Part shown: positions 10,033 through 21,148 of the stretch, piece by piece
Layout of the letters: each line of letters opens with the position of its first letter
Numbering within the stretch: the first letter of the stretch is position 1
Source of the DNA: an uncultured Clostridia bacterium
GTDB taxonomy: Bacteria; Bacillota; Clostridia; Oscillospirales; QAKW01
DNA length: 64,000 nucleotides
NCBI GenBank assembly: GCA_944385895.1
Contig: CALWYZ010000007.1
Location: forward strand, 33,489-97,488
Direction of reading: 5' to 3'
Made by a program: the position numbers and the translations under genes
The notes under the pieces: model-generated
Databases searched by the model: none
Told to the model about the DNA's origin: nothing
What the model saw: the letters and a program-made list of their open reading frames with translations, nothing else

Positions 10033-11012
10033 TGTTACGACAGACAAACAACATTTTTGTACGGCAATCCGGTAAAACGATGCATAAAATAATTATGATT
10101 TTTGTGGCGTTGGCTATTGCTGTTGTATGTTATTCCATCACTGTATATGCTTGGTACCAGGACAGTATATCAAATGACTCCAACTCGATCACAGTCGGTA
10201 CATTTTCAGCTGATATACAGATTCTGGATGAAAGCGATGCAGTGCTTTGGGACAGTGCAGCCGATTTCCCGGATGGTATATTAGGATATGAAGGTAATAT
10301 TTCCCTGCCTGTCGGCACAAAGCCGGTTTCGCTGAAAATAACAAACGCAGATGCTGATGCTCTTAGTTTTCAATATCAGATATCGCTTAAAGCAGACAAT
10401 AATATTATCTGCTCAGCAGGAATAACAGAAAAAAAAGTACTGGCTGGAAACGGCTGGGAAAGCTATACTATAACCTTTCCGGATTCAGCGTCAAACTTTA
10501 CAGAACTATATCTGAGTTTGCGCACCTCATTTGAAAACGGCATAATAGACAATCCCATAATACTAAATCTGCCGGTGGTACAGCCTTCAGATGATAATGA
10601 CCAAACTGACCCGCAGGTCCCCTCAGGTACAGACCAAACTGACCCGCAGGTCCCCTCAGGCACAGACCAAACCGACCCGCAGGTCCCCTCAGGTACAGAC
10701 CAAACTGACCCGCAAGACCCCTCAGGTACTGACCAAACTGACCCGCAGATTCCCTCAGGTACTGACCAAACCGACCCGCAGATTCCCTCAGGTACTGACC
10801 AAACCGATCCGCAAGACCCCTCAGGTACTGACCAAACTGACCCGCAAGACCCCTCAGGTACTGACCAAACTGACCCGCAGGTTCCCTCAGGTACAGACCA
10901 AACTGACCCGCAGGTTCCCTCAGGCACAGACCAAACCGACCCGCAGGTCCCCTCAGGCACAGACCAAACCGACCCGCAGATTCCCTCAGGCACAGATCAG
11001 ATTGATCAGTAG
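10029..11012 (+). CDS. SipW-class secreted protein with 12 x 11-aa acidic repeats
   Basis: TVYAWYQDS signal; C-terminal (DQTDPQ[V/I/D]PSGT)12. Confidence 0.7.
   Translation: MMLRQTNNIFVRQSGKTMHKIIMIFVALAIAVVCYSITVYAWYQDSISNDSNSITVGTFSADIQILDESDAVLWDSAADFPDGILGYEGNISLPVGTKPVSLKITNADADALSFQYQISLKADNNIICSAGITEKKVLAGNGWESYTITFPDSASNFTELYLSLRTSFENGIIDNPIILNLPVVQPSDDNDQTDPQVPSGTDQTDPQVPSGTDQTDPQVPSGTDQTDPQDPSGTDQTDPQIPSGTDQTDPQIPSGTDQTDPQDPSGTDQTDPQDPSGTDQTDPQVPSGTDQTDPQVPSGTDQTDPQVPSGTDQTDPQIPSGTDQIDQ
10599..10994 (+). repeat. 33-bp coding tandem repeat, 12 copies
   Basis: Unit GACCAAACYGACCCGCARRTYCCCTCAGGYACW (GAC in the Asp units), contiguous with no spacers. Confidence 0.95.
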
Positions 11013-11112
11013 TATAATTTCGCCGTGCTGTATTCAGGCAAACACCAAACTGCGCAAAAACACGGCAGGCAGGATCGGGCTTGCTACCTCTAAACTACAG
11101 CCTGTCTATAAT

Positions 11113-11508
11113 TTATATAGAAATCAAATCACTTGTTAATGGTTTCAGTATGATTTCAGAATTGTTTAATAAAAGATCATTTTGTAACAAAGTTAACTTT
11201 GACATAAAATTATATAAATTACCTGTGCGTTTTGATATTCTTAATTGAATGTCATAACATGAAACATATTTAATTATTTTGCTTATAACATCGTTATTTG
11301 ATAGAATTTCATTTGAAATAAATAATTTGAATTTAAATCCATTCAATATTAAAGTTTCAATCAATTCTATTTTTGCATTAGCATCAATAATAATAGAATA
11401 ATTAATATTTTTTTGTATTGTGGATAGTTTAATATTATCAAAAGAATTCAAGTGAGTTCGAATGAATGCATTATTAAACAAATATTTATTGTAATACATT
11501 ATCTTCAA
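11113..11508 (-). CDS. AT-rich hypothetical ORF (may be spurious or degraded)
   Basis: ORF only; I/N/K-rich with no recognisable motif. Confidence 0.3.
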   Translation of the reverse strand: MKIMYYNKYLFNNAFIRTHLNSFDNIKLSTIQKNINYSIIIDANAKIELIETLILNGFKFKLFISNEILSNNDVISKIIKYVSCYDIQLRISKRTGNLYNFMSKLTLLQNDLLLNNSEIILKPLTSDLISI

Positions 11509-11622
11509 TCTTTAACAAAACCTACAGATATAATCTTTGCAAATTTCTTTGCTTTTGATGGGAAAAATGATTTTAAAAATGCATTGTTTAGAAGTAATTA
11601 TAATTGAGCAACAACTTGAGGA

Positions 11623-12222
11623 ATGAACATGAGAATAGTAAGCATACAAAAATTTAATTCAATCATGTCAGAAGTCACCTCCGGTTATAGAAATTGTAAT
11701 GTTTATATTTACTGGCATCGAATTAATAAAACTCTCATTACACCTTTGTCTATTTTTACTTTCATAATGTTATCACTGAGTTTAGAAAAAGAACTTGAAA
11801 TGTATGGTCTTTTAAGTAATTTAATTGAAAGTAGTTGGCTTTTTGTTTTATCTATAATTTCCATATTATTATTTATTACAATCATCATTGCATTTCTTCA
11901 TGAACTGATTCACATTTTGAGTTTTCCAAAAAAATTTAAAAAGGCAATAGTTATAGTCGATTTACCTTTTACTATTAGTGTTGTATATAATGATGAATTG
12001 AAGAAAAGTAATTACCTAAAAACACTAATTTGCCCAGTTCTTGTTTTATCAATTTTAATATCTATTTTATGCATACTTATAAAAAGCATATACATATTCG
12101 CATGGTTGATGACAATCAACATTACATTAGCTAGTTCTGACATTTTTTCATTCTTTTATATATTAAAAAAAGTCCCATCAAATGCATACTTATTTGGAAA
12201 TTATTATAGGTGTCAACGATGA
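11623..12222 (+). CDS. membrane zincin-like metalloprotease (DUF3267-like)
   Basis: HELIH zinc motif after a TM helix, with P.LVLS and N...ASSD downstream; very AT-rich DNA. Confidence 0.65.
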   Translation: MNMRIVSIQKFNSIMSEVTSGYRNCNVYIYWHRINKTLITPLSIFTFIMLSLSLEKELEMYGLLSNLIESSWLFVLSIISILLFITIIIAFLHELIHILSFPKKFKKAIVIVDLPFTISVVYNDELKKSNYLKTLICPVLVLSILISILCILIKSIYIFAWLMTINITLASSDIFSFFYILKKVPSNAYLFGNYYRCQR

Positions 12223-12490
12223 ATAGCATCGATTTGAGTATTAAATTTAAAAGGAGCTATCACAAACAGATTGTTGTATTTTCAACAAAAAATATCAACC
12301 CGTTATTTTTTAACGGGTTGGCTATTTTTAGACAGACTCACAAACACCGAAAAATCACATCACACTCAAGGCGTAATAAATAGCAAAAACTGAGTGTCAA
12401 GACAGCAATTTAGACTATTGATTTAAAGAAAATAAATATGTATAATATTGTAAGTAACTACTATTACCATTAAAGAAAGGAATTAGGAAA

Positions 12491-13552
12491 ATGGCAAAAT
12501 TAAAAGTAGCTGTTATAGGCTGCGGAACTATTGCAAATGCTGCGCATATACCAGCATATATTAAAAACCAGGATGTTGAAATCAAGTGGTTCTGCGACAT
12601 AATTCCCGAAAGAGCAGATGAGGCTGTAAAAAAATACGGATGCGGCAAAGCTGTGTACGATTACCATGAAATACTCAATGACAGAGAAATAGATGCCGTT
12701 TCTGTATGCACACCAAATAATGTTCATGCACAGATATCAATAGATTTTCTGAAAGCCGGCAAGGATGTGCTCTGCGAAAAACCCGCCGCGCGTACATATG
12801 ATGAGGCTCTCACAATGCTCAATGCTCAGAAAGAGACGGGGAAAATACTTAACATAGGCGTTGTCAACCGTTTTAACGACGGCGTCAATAAAATCAAGGA
12901 ATTGATTGACAGCGGCCGGCTGGGAAAAATATATCAGGTATATGTAAGCTTCCGTGCCCATCGCTCTATCCCCGGACTCGGCGGTGCGTTTACAACGAAA
13001 GATATCGCAGGCGGCGGAGTGCTTATCGACTGGGGCGTTCACTATCTTGACATAGTTATGTACTGCTGCGGCGACCCGACAGCAAAAACAGCAACAGCAG
13101 AAACTTTTTCGAAGCTTGGAAAAGATATGAATAATTATACATACGTAGATATGTGGGCAGGTCCTCCCAATTACAGTGGGACTTATGACGTCGAAGAGGG
13201 TATTACCGGTATGATCCGTACCGATGGTCCTATTATTACTTTGAACGGAGCATGGGCTCAAAATATCGGAGAAAAAGAAACGTATATCGATTTTATGGGT
13301 GATAAAGGCGGTATTCGCCTGTATTACGGCAAAAATTTTATACTGTACGGAACTGAAAACGGTATGCTTACAACAACTGAATTCAGCTACCCACAAACAA
13401 ATCATTTTGAAAATGAGATAAATGCATTTGTAAAAGATATCTCAGACCGTACAAAGCTCCCGTCAGCCATCGATGTCAATATCAAAACCTCAAAGCTTAT
13501 GCAGGCGCTATATGATTCTGCCAGCTTACATAAAGAGATAGAATTAGATTAA
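12491..13552 (+). CDS. Gfo/Idh/MocA family oxidoreductase
   Basis: VIGCGTIA Rossmann fold, VCTPNNVH, LCEKP and GGGVLIDWGVH. Confidence 0.92.
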   Translation: MAKLKVAVIGCGTIANAAHIPAYIKNQDVEIKWFCDIIPERADEAVKKYGCGKAVYDYHEILNDREIDAVSVCTPNNVHAQISIDFLKAGKDVLCEKPAARTYDEALTMLNAQKETGKILNIGVVNRFNDGVNKIKELIDSGRLGKIYQVYVSFRAHRSIPGLGGAFTTKDIAGGGVLIDWGVHYLDIVMYCCGDPTAKTATAETFSKLGKDMNNYTYVDMWAGPPNYSGTYDVEEGITGMIRTDGPIITLNGAWAQNIGEKETYIDFMGDKGGIRLYYGKNFILYGTENGMLTTTEFSYPQTNHFENEINAFVKDISDRTKLPSAIDVNIKTSKLMQALYDSASLHKEIELD

Positions 13553-13563
13553 GGAGACGGACT

Positions 13564-14400
13564 TTGAAATCTGTAGGATTTATAGACTATTACTTGGACG
13601 AATGGCATGCCAACCATTATCCCGAATGGATTAAACAACACAGCGGCGGCGAATATGAGGTCAAATATGCCTATGCTGTCATTGACTCTGAACGTGATGG
13701 AGCTATGACAAATAAAGAATGGGCCGAAAATTATAAAGTTGAGTTATTAAACTCCATTGACCAGCTTGTAAAGAAAAGCGATGCAATTATCGTTCTTTCT
13801 CCCGATAATTGTGAAATGCATTATGAGTTGTCAAAACAAGCGCTGGAAACGGGAAAATGTGTATACATAGATAAAACTTTTGCCAAAGACCGTGAAACAG
13901 CGGAGAAAATATTCGCTGTTGCCCAACATAATAACTCTCCGTGCTTTTCATCCTCTGCTTTGAGATTTTCAAGCGAATATGCTAAAATTGAAAAAAAAGA
14001 CATTCAATCTATAATAAGCATTGGAACCGGCAAAATAGATAATTATATAATTCATCAGATAGAGCCTGTTATTATGATGATGGGGTTGGAAGTCTCAAAA
14101 GTTATGTACATAGGCAGTCAAAAAAACGACTCGTTTGTCATAAAGTTTAAGGATGAACGAACAGCTACTGTAAATATGCTTAAAGGGCATGCGGATTTTT
14201 CCATATATTTTAATTATTCCGATTCTAATGCACTGGCTGTTGCAAATGATTCATACTTTGAAAGTTTTATTGATGCGCTTATTGCTTTTTTCAGAACCGG
14301 CAAAGCACCGGTCAGCCATCAGGAAACCATTACTATTATGGCTGTTCGTGAGGCTTGCATTAAAAGCAAGAAAAATCCCGGAATCTGGCTTGAAATATAA
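13564..14400 (+). CDS. Gfo/Idh/MocA-like oxidoreductase
   Basis: YIDKTFA (EKP equivalent), FSSSALRF and YIIHQIE. Confidence 0.7.
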   Translation: MKSVGFIDYYLDEWHANHYPEWIKQHSGGEYEVKYAYAVIDSERDGAMTNKEWAENYKVELLNSIDQLVKKSDAIIVLSPDNCEMHYELSKQALETGKCVYIDKTFAKDRETAEKIFAVAQHNNSPCFSSSALRFSSEYAKIEKKDIQSIISIGTGKIDNYIIHQIEPVIMMMGLEVSKVMYIGSQKNDSFVIKFKDERTATVNMLKGHADFSIYFNYSDSNALAVANDSYFESFIDALIAFFRTGKAPVSHQETITIMAVREACIKSKKNPGIWLEI

Positions 14401-14428
14401 AAAGGAAGTGCTTTTGCACTTCCTTTTT
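14399..14428. terminator. intrinsic terminator
   Basis: AAAAAGGAAGTGC-TTTT-GCACTTCCTTTTT. Confidence 0.8.
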
Positions 14429-14549
14429 ATTTATTTACAATACTTTTTAAATATTCAGACGGATTCATTCCGGTTTTTTTATAATATATGTAGGTTCAAT
14501 ATATATTTCACCGTTTTGGATAAGGCATATTTGTCCTAGACGTTTTGGA

Positions 14550-15359
14550 TTATGATAGTTTTAATGGAAAATCACCGAATCCCATGCAACAAGAGATGCC
14601 GTTCAATGAGATTTTTTGCATTTCCATGGTAGCAAGTAGAACGCACAGGCAAGTGTGATACATACTGTTGATTTCATAGGTTTTTCCGAGTGATTTGTGC
14701 TTGGATTCTTTTTCGATGACAAGAGAGTTTTGAATCAGTTTGTCCAGTGCAGCACGCAAAGTAATATCGTCAAAATTCAGTTTTTCTTGAAGCTCATCGT
14801 AGCTAATATCACTCATGGAGATGATAGCCATAGCGGTAAGCAGCACACTTTTATCTGACAATGCACCGAATATTACAGATGAAAATACTGCAGTTTCCGG
14901 TGTAATGTCCTCAAAAAAGCGTCTTGTTATGATAGCTCCGTAGCCTTTTCCGCTGAGAAGCGAGACGCCGTTTTCGTCCGTTATGTGAGTCGGCTCATCG
15001 TACATCAGCTCTTTTCCACGCAGGTTTCCATGTGAAATTCCATGATGAGCAGAGGCAAATATTTTGAGCGCTTCTTCATAGGAATCTTTGCTCATCTGCG
15101 GAAAAGACGAAACCTTCGTCCGTATTTTATCATAGATGTCATCGTAGGTGTAATCTTTTCCGTAAAATAGGTAGTCCACGCTTACATGAAAATAATCGGC
15201 AATCAGCGGCAGTGTCATGGTATCGGGCTGACAGGTATTCGTTTCCCACTTCGATACCGCTTGCGACGATACATTGAGGGCTGTGGCAAGCTGTTCCTGA
15301 GTGACTCCTGCTGTCTTTCTCAAATCGGTAATGTTTTTGGATATGTTTATGCTGTTCAT
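14550..15359 (-). CDS. XRE-family HTH transcriptional regulator with C-terminal winged-helix-like domain
   Basis: LRKTAGVTQEQLATALNVSSQAVSKWET...PD...IADYFHVSVDYL. Confidence 0.85.
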   Translation of the reverse strand: MNSINISKNITDLRKTAGVTQEQLATALNVSSQAVSKWETNTCQPDTMTLPLIADYFHVSVDYLFYGKDYTYDDIYDKIRTKVSSFPQMSKDSYEEALKIFASAHHGISHGNLRGKELMYDEPTHITDENGVSLLSGKGYGAIITRRFFEDITPETAVFSSVIFGALSDKSVLLTAMAIISMSDISYDELQEKLNFDDITLRAALDKLIQNSLVIEKESKHKSLGKTYEINSMYHTCLCVLLATMEMQKISLNGISCCMGFGDFPLKLS

Positions 15360-15621
15360 ATGAATCCTCCGAGTTTATTTCCGTGTGCACATCGGATTGT
15401 ACTTAAATTATATCACATCTTCAAAACAAATCAACAACGCAAAACGGCAGGTTTGAAACCGTTGGTTGAGTGGAAAACATATTTCCGCTTGTGGGTTTCA
15501 AAAGATGCAACAAAACTTGTGTTTTTAAACACTGAAAATTTGCCGATGTGGCGGCGAAATCAAATTGTAAGCAAAAAAACAGCCGAAAGTGGGGCGGAAA
15601 ACCTCATTTTCGGCTGATTTT

Positions 15622-15697
15622 TGGTCGGAGTGACAGGATTCGAACCTGCGGCATCTTGGTCCCAAACCAAGCGCGCTACCAACTGCGCTACACCCCG
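15622..15697 (-). tRNA. tRNA-Pro(TGG)
   Basis: Reverse complement CGGGGTGTAGCGCAGTTGGTAGCGCGCTTGGTTTGGGACCAAGATGCCGCAGGTTCGAATCCTGTCACTCCGACCA folds as a cloverleaf with encoded CCA. Confidence 0.97.
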
Positions 15698-15959
15698 ATA
15701 AATATCTCTCTTGCGTTATGTTAATCAATAAACTTTTTCAATGACAAAACTGCTTTTTGAATTTCAGCAGCATCATACAATCATTTACAAAGCCATATTA
15801 TATAGTATTATAACATATATCCAACTAATTTTCAATTGTTTTAATAATTTAAAGGCGTTATTTTTCACATATTATATGCTGCCTCATCATATTAGCATTT
15901 ACTTATGATTCTGTCAACCTTATTTCAAAAAATCAACAAAATATATTCATATAAGGCAG

Positions 15960-15987
15960 TACCCGGCATGTTAAGTCATGCCGGGTA
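15960..15987 (-). terminator. hairpin downstream of uvrA
   Basis: TACCCGGCATG-TTAAGT-CATGCCGGGTA. Confidence 0.65.
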
Positions 15988-15998
15988 TTTATACAGTT

Positions 15999-18833
15999 TT
16001 AATATTTTTTATTTAAAATCTTTTTTAAATACTGACCCGTATATGAATCTTTGTTTTCAGCTACCTGCTCAGGCGTACCAAGTGCAATAACCTTTCCGCC
16101 GCCGTCTCCGCCTTCAGGGCCTAAGTCCACTATATAATCTGCGGTTTTTATAACATCAAGATTATGCTCTATTACAATTACTGTATTACCGGCATCTGTA
16201 AGTTTCTGCAGAACTTCTATCAGCTTATGCACATCAGCGGTATGCAGGCCGGTTGTAGGCTCATCAAGGATGTAAACCGTCTTTCCGGTTGGTCTGCGGG
16301 CAAGTTCAGTTGCAAGCTTAACGCGCTGAGCCTCACCTCCGGACAAAGTGGTAGATGATTGTCCTATCTTTATATATGAAAGTCCGACATCATATAAGGT
16401 CTTTAATTTACGATAGATTTTCGGGTGGTTTTCAAAAAATGTCATACCCTCTTCAACCGTCATATCCAAAACATCGGCAATGGATTTATCCTTATATTTA
16501 ACCTCCAGAGTCTCACGGTTATATCTTTTACCCTTGCATACGTCACATGCAATATATATATCAGGCAAAAAGTGCATCTCTATCTTGACTATGCCGTCAC
16601 CCTGACATGCCTCACATCTTCCGCCGCGGACGTTGAATGAAAATCTTCCCGAAGTATAACCGCGCGCCTTTGCTCCGTTAGTTGAGGCAAATAAATCCCT
16701 AATATCAGTAAATACAGACGTATATGTTGCAGGATTTGAGCGAGGAGTTCTGCCGATAGGCGACTGGTCTATGTTTATCACCTTGTCCAGATACTCCATT
16801 CCGTCTATTCCGTCACTTTTCCCGGGCACCGTTCTTGCACGATTCAAATCACGTGCTAAGGTCTTGTATAGAATTGAATTTATCAGCGAAGACTTGCCGC
16901 TTCCCGACACACCGGTAACGCAGGTCATGACTCCCAACGGGATTTTTACGTCTATATTCTTGAGATTATTCTCCTTTGCTCCTTTGATTGTTATAAAGTT
17001 CCCGTTTCCGCAGCGGCGTTTGTCAGGCACCTCAATTTTCTTTTTCCCTGAAAGATACTGTCCGGTCACCGATTCCTTGCAGGCTATAATATCCTCTGCG
17101 CTGCCCTGAGCTACTACATATCCACCGTGTATTCCGGCACCCGGTCCTATATCGACAATATAATCCGCGGCAAGCATTGTATCCTCATCGTGTTCAACAA
17201 CTATAAGAGTATTTCCCAAATCCCTCAGCATTTTTAAAGTATTTATGAGTTTATCATTATCACGCTGGTGCAGTCCTATTGACGGCTCGTCCAAAATATA
17301 TAAAACTCCCGTAAGACAAGATCCTATTTGAGTTGCCAGTCTTATTCTCTGGCTTTCTCCGCCTGATAGAGTTCCTGCGCTGCGTGACAGAGTCAAATAA
17401 TCAAGCCCTACGTTTTTGAGAAATTCAAGTCTGTTTTTTATCTCTTTTATAACTCTGCGCGCTATTGTTTCGTCCTTTTGGCTGAGTTTAAGGCTGTCAA
17501 AGTAATCAAGCAGCTTTACAACAGACATGTCTGTTATTTCACTTATATTCTTATCTCCTACTGTAACCGCAAGAACATCTGGACGCAGTCTTCTGCCCTT
17601 GCACGCGGGACAATCGCTCTCACGCATCAGCGCTTCAATTTCACGGCGCATAAAGTCACTGGTCGTCTCTTTGAAACGGCGCTCCAAATTAGGTATCACT
17701 CCCTCGTATGCGCTCTCATAGTTTACGCTTCCAAAGGATGAATTACGCTGCATTTTTATCTTCTGTCCGCCGTTGCCGTAAAGAATTATATCAAGTATCT
17801 GCTTGGGCAGTTTGCACACGGGAGTGTCAAGTGAAAATTTATAATGCTTTGCAAGCGCGCTGAAATACATTTTGGCAACACTGTCGCCGAAAGGCGAGTT
17901 CCAGCCCGACGCTTTTATAGCTCCCTCATTTATTGATTTTGTTTTGTCGGGTATAACAAGATCCAGATCAAGCTTTAAAAGATATCCCAGTCCGTCACAC
18001 TCAGGACACGCACCGAAAGGAGCATTAAAGGAAAACATACGAGGGTTTAACTCCTCTATTGAAAAATCATGATCGGGACAGCTGTAATTTTGAGAAAAAA
18101 GCATCTCTTCTCCGTCGATAACCTGTGCTATAACAAGCCCTTTTGCATTATGAAGCGCAGTCTCTACCGAATCTGTAAGCCGTCTGCGCACACCGTCTTT
18201 TATGACAAGCCTGTCTACTACTATCTCAATATTATGTTTTTTATTTTTCTCAAGCGGTATCTTTTCCATTAAATCGTACATGATACCGTCTACACGGACC
18301 CTTACAAACCCCGATTTTGACGCATCCTCAAACAGCTTTGTATATTCGCCCTTGCGGTTGCGCACAACAGGTGCAAGAATACTCAGCTTTGTACCCTCGG
18401 GCAACGTTAATATTTTATCAACGATCTGATCCACAGTCTGCTGTGAGATCTCCCTGCCGCAAACAGGGCAGTGAGGTTTGCCAACCCTTGCAAACAACAG
18501 TCTGAGATAGTCATATATCTCAGTAACGGTACCTACAGTAGAACGGGGATTTTTAGAAGTGGTCTTCTGATCTATGGATATAGCCGGTGACAATCCGTCA
18601 ATCTCATCTACATCCGGTTTTTCCATTTGTCCCAAAAACATGCGGGCATAGGACGAAAGACTTTCCACATATCTGCGCTGACCTTCAGCATATATCGTAT
18701 CAAACGCTAAAGACGACTTGCCGCTGCCGGAAAGTCCGGTAAAAACTATAAGCTTGTCCCTTGGAATCGTAAGATCGATATTTTTAAGGTTATGTGTTTT
18801 CGCGCCTTTTATTTTTATATAATTATTTGCCAT
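15999..18833 (-). CDS. uvrA: excinuclease ABC subunit A
   Basis: Two ABC ATPase modules ([23 protein letters not shown]) and Zn fingers. Confidence 0.98.
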   Translation of the reverse strand: MANNYIKIKGAKTHNLKNIDLTIPRDKLIVFTGLSGSGKSSLAFDTIYAEGQRRYVESLSSYARMFLGQMEKPDVDEIDGLSPAISIDQKTTSKNPRSTVGTVTEIYDYLRLLFARVGKPHCPVCGREISQQTVDQIVDKILTLPEGTKLSILAPVVRNRKGEYTKLFEDASKSGFVRVRVDGIMYDLMEKIPLEKNKKHNIEIVVDRLVIKDGVRRRLTDSVETALHNAKGLVIAQVIDGEEMLFSQNYSCPDHDFSIEELNPRMFSFNAPFGACPECDGLGYLLKLDLDLVIPDKTKSINEGAIKASGWNSPFGDSVAKMYFSALAKHYKFSLDTPVCKLPKQILDIILYGNGGQKIKMQRNSSFGSVNYESAYEGVIPNLERRFKETTSDFMRREIEALMRESDCPACKGRRLRPDVLAVTVGDKNISEITDMSVVKLLDYFDSLKLSQKDETIARRVIKEIKNRLEFLKNVGLDYLTLSRSAGTLSGGESQRIRLATQIGSCLTGVLYILDEPSIGLHQRDNDKLINTLKMLRDLGNTLIVVEHDEDTMLAADYIVDIGPGAGIHGGYVVAQGSAEDIIACKESVTGQYLSGKKKIEVPDKRRCGNGNFITIKGAKENNLKNIDVKIPLGVMTCVTGVSGSGKSSLINSILYKTLARDLNRARTVPGKSDGIDGMEYLDKVINIDQSPIGRTPRSNPATYTSVFTDIRDLFASTNGAKARGYTSGRFSFNVRGGRCEACQGDGIVKIEMHFLPDIYIACDVCKGKRYNRETLEVKYKDKSIADVLDMTVEEGMTFFENHPKIYRKLKTLYDVGLSYIKIGQSSTTLSGGEAQRVKLATELARRPTGKTVYILDEPTTGLHTADVHKLIEVLQKLTDAGNTVIVIEHNLDVIKTADYIVDLGPEGGDGGGKVIALGTPEQVAENKDSYTGQYLKKILNKKY

Positions 18834-20793
18834 TGGTCTTTTCTCCCCGAAGTTTTGCTATTTTATCACGCATCATAGCCGCATACTCAAATTCAAGCAA
18901 ACGAGCCGCCTCACGCATTTGCTTTGTATACTCTGCTATCATTCTTTCCCGGTCCTTGGCTGAAAGCTTTTTACCATTATCAGGCAGCTGTTCTGTTTTG
19001 GATATTTCGAGTACGGAACGTACATCTTTTTTTATCGATTTGGGGGTGATACCGTGCTGCTTATTGTACTCATCCTGAATTTTACGGCGGCGGTTTGTCT
19101 CCTCAATAGCGCGTTCCATTGATTCTGTAACATGGTCTGCGTACATTATTACCTCTCCGTGCTCATTTCTTGCGGCACGGCCGATAGTCTGTATAAGAGA
19201 TGTCTCAGATCTAAGAAATCCTTCTTTGTCCGCGTCAAGTATTGCAACAAGAGACACCTCAGGTATATCCAAACCCTCTCTTAGAAGATTTATACCGACC
19301 AAAACGTCAAACTCACCCGTTCTCAGATCCCGCACAAGCTCCATACGCTCGATAGTGTCAACATCATGATGCATATATCTGACTTTAACACCCATGCCCT
19401 CAATATATGATGTAAGATCCTCTGCCATACGCTTTGTAAGAGTAGTAATAAGCACCCGCTCGTTCAAATCCGCACGTTTGCGTATTTCCGACAGCAGATC
19501 GTCCATCTGGCCTTCAACCGGCTTTACCGTTATAAGCGGATCAAGCAGGCCGGTCGGTCTTATTACCTGCTGTGCAATATTCCCGCTGCGCTCCGTTTCA
19601 AATTTGGCGGGAGTCGCGCTTACATACAGAACCTTATCCAGCTTTGTCAAGAACTCATCAAAATTCAGAGGACGATTGTCAAAGGCGCTGGGAAGCCGGA
19701 AGCCGTAACGCACAAGACTTTCCTTGCGTGACCGGTCTCCCCCGTACATACCCCTTACCTGAGGTATTGTAACATGTGACTCGTCGATTATCATCAAAAA
19801 ATCTTTCGGAAACAGATCGAACAGCGTATACGGCGTACTTCCGGGAGCACGATTACTGAAAATGCGCGAATAATTTTCTATTCCGGAACAAAATCCCAGC
19901 TCTTTTAGCATTTCTATATCATATAAAGTCCGCTGTTCTATACGCTGAGCCTCTATAAGCATATTGTTGTCGTTAAAGTATTTTATGCGCTCTGTAAGCT
20001 CGGCTTTTATCTCCTTGACTGCTCTGTCAATTCTGTCAGCGGATGTAACATAATGCGACGCAGGATAAATTGCGACATGTGAAAGTACCGCTATAAGCTC
20101 ACCCGTGATATGATTTATTTCGCTGATACGTTCTATTTCATCATCAAAAAATTCAACGCGTATGACCTTGTCAGAAGACGCGGCCGGAAATATTTCAAGC
20201 ACATCTCCGCGCACACGGAACTTGTTGCGGGAAAAATCTATATCATTTCGCTCATAACGTATCGAAACAAGCTGCGCTATAACCTCATCACGGTCTTTTT
20301 TCATACCGGGGCGAAGGGAAATAACAAGACTCTTATATTCCTCCGGATCACCCAGGCTGTAAATACATGAAACGGACGATACTATAATAGTATCCGGGCG
20401 CTCAAGTACCGAGAAAGTTGCGCTGTGGCGCAGCTTATCGATCTCATCATTGATTGAGCTGTCCTTTTCTATATAGGTATCGGACGCGGCTATATATGCC
20501 TCCGGCTGATAATAATCATAATAGGACACAAAATATTCAACCGCATTTTCAGGAAAAAATTCCTTAAGTTCCGAACAAAGCTGCGCGGCAAGTGTTTTAT
20601 TATGAGCCAGCACAAGCGTAGGGCGCTGGACTCTTTCAATCACGTTAGCCATTGTGAAGGTTTTGCCCGAACCGGTAACGCCTAAAAGCGTCTGCTCCTT
20701 TATACCGTTTTCAATACCACGCACTATCGATTCTATCGCCTGCGGCTGATCGCCCGTTGGCTTATATGGCGACACTAATTTAAAACGAGCCAA
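18823..20793 (-). CDS. uvrB: excinuclease ABC subunit B
   Basis: [30 protein letters not shown] and a C-terminal UVR domain. Confidence 0.98.
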   Translation of the reverse strand: MARFKLVSPYKPTGDQPQAIESIVRGIENGIKEQTLLGVTGSGKTFTMANVIERVQRPTLVLAHNKTLAAQLCSELKEFFPENAVEYFVSYYDYYQPEAYIAASDTYIEKDSSINDEIDKLRHSATFSVLERPDTIIVSSVSCIYSLGDPEEYKSLVISLRPGMKKDRDEVIAQLVSIRYERNDIDFSRNKFRVRGDVLEIFPAASSDKVIRVEFFDDEIERISEINHITGELIAVLSHVAIYPASHYVTSADRIDRAVKEIKAELTERIKYFNDNNMLIEAQRIEQRTLYDIEMLKELGFCSGIENYSRIFSNRAPGSTPYTLFDLFPKDFLMIIDESHVTIPQVRGMYGGDRSRKESLVRYGFRLPSAFDNRPLNFDEFLTKLDKVLYVSATPAKFETERSGNIAQQVIRPTGLLDPLITVKPVEGQMDDLLSEIRKRADLNERVLITTLTKRMAEDLTSYIEGMGVKVRYMHHDVDTIERMELVRDLRTGEFDVLVGINLLREGLDIPEVSLVAILDADKEGFLRSETSLIQTIGRAARNEHGEVIMYADHVTESMERAIEETNRRRKIQDEYNKQHGITPKSIKKDVRSVLEISKTEQLPDNGKKLSAKDRERMIAEYTKQMREAARLLEFEYAAMMRDKIAKLRGEKTNGK

Positions 20794-21148
20794 TGCTAAA
20801 CCTCCTTTCTTACATTACAAAAGTCAAACATTTAAACTGACAATATTCAAAAATCTCATGTCTGATTGTATAATTAAATCACTATATTATTACGATTACG
20901 TCATATTCAGTTTTGTGTGCTGAAAGTAAAAAAGTATAATATAATTCTCTAAAACTATATTATACCATAAAGCTTATTAAATTAAAAGAGAAAGACCAAA
21001 CTTATATTAAAAAATTTGGCCGTCTCTTTTATCATGAATATTTAATCACGTCAAAATTCAATATATGCGCATACCGCCGGTATTCATCAAAACCGACGGT
21101 ATGCATTATTAATTGCAGCAATTTAAAACTATGCTGCCGAGGTTTGTT

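Noticed and set aside
10599-10994. 33-bp repeats as a CRISPR array
   Set aside because: The units are contiguous with no unique spacers, stay in frame within a CDS, and there are no cas genes.
11035-11075. GGCAAAC...CGCAAA resembling a c-di-GMP-I 5' half
   Set aside because: No P2 stem with a GAAA loop and no matching 3' half.
10463-11139. Alternative-frame ORFs 10463-10993 (-) and 10591-11139 (+)
   Set aside because: Shadows of the stop-free tandem repeat; the signal-peptide-bearing frame explains the region.
15525-15728. Short ORFs overlapping tRNAs (15525-15728 and 40264-40470)
   Set aside because: They are translations of tRNA sequence.
20794-20900. LexA box upstream of uvrB
   Set aside because: I could not find a GAAC-N4-GTTC match.
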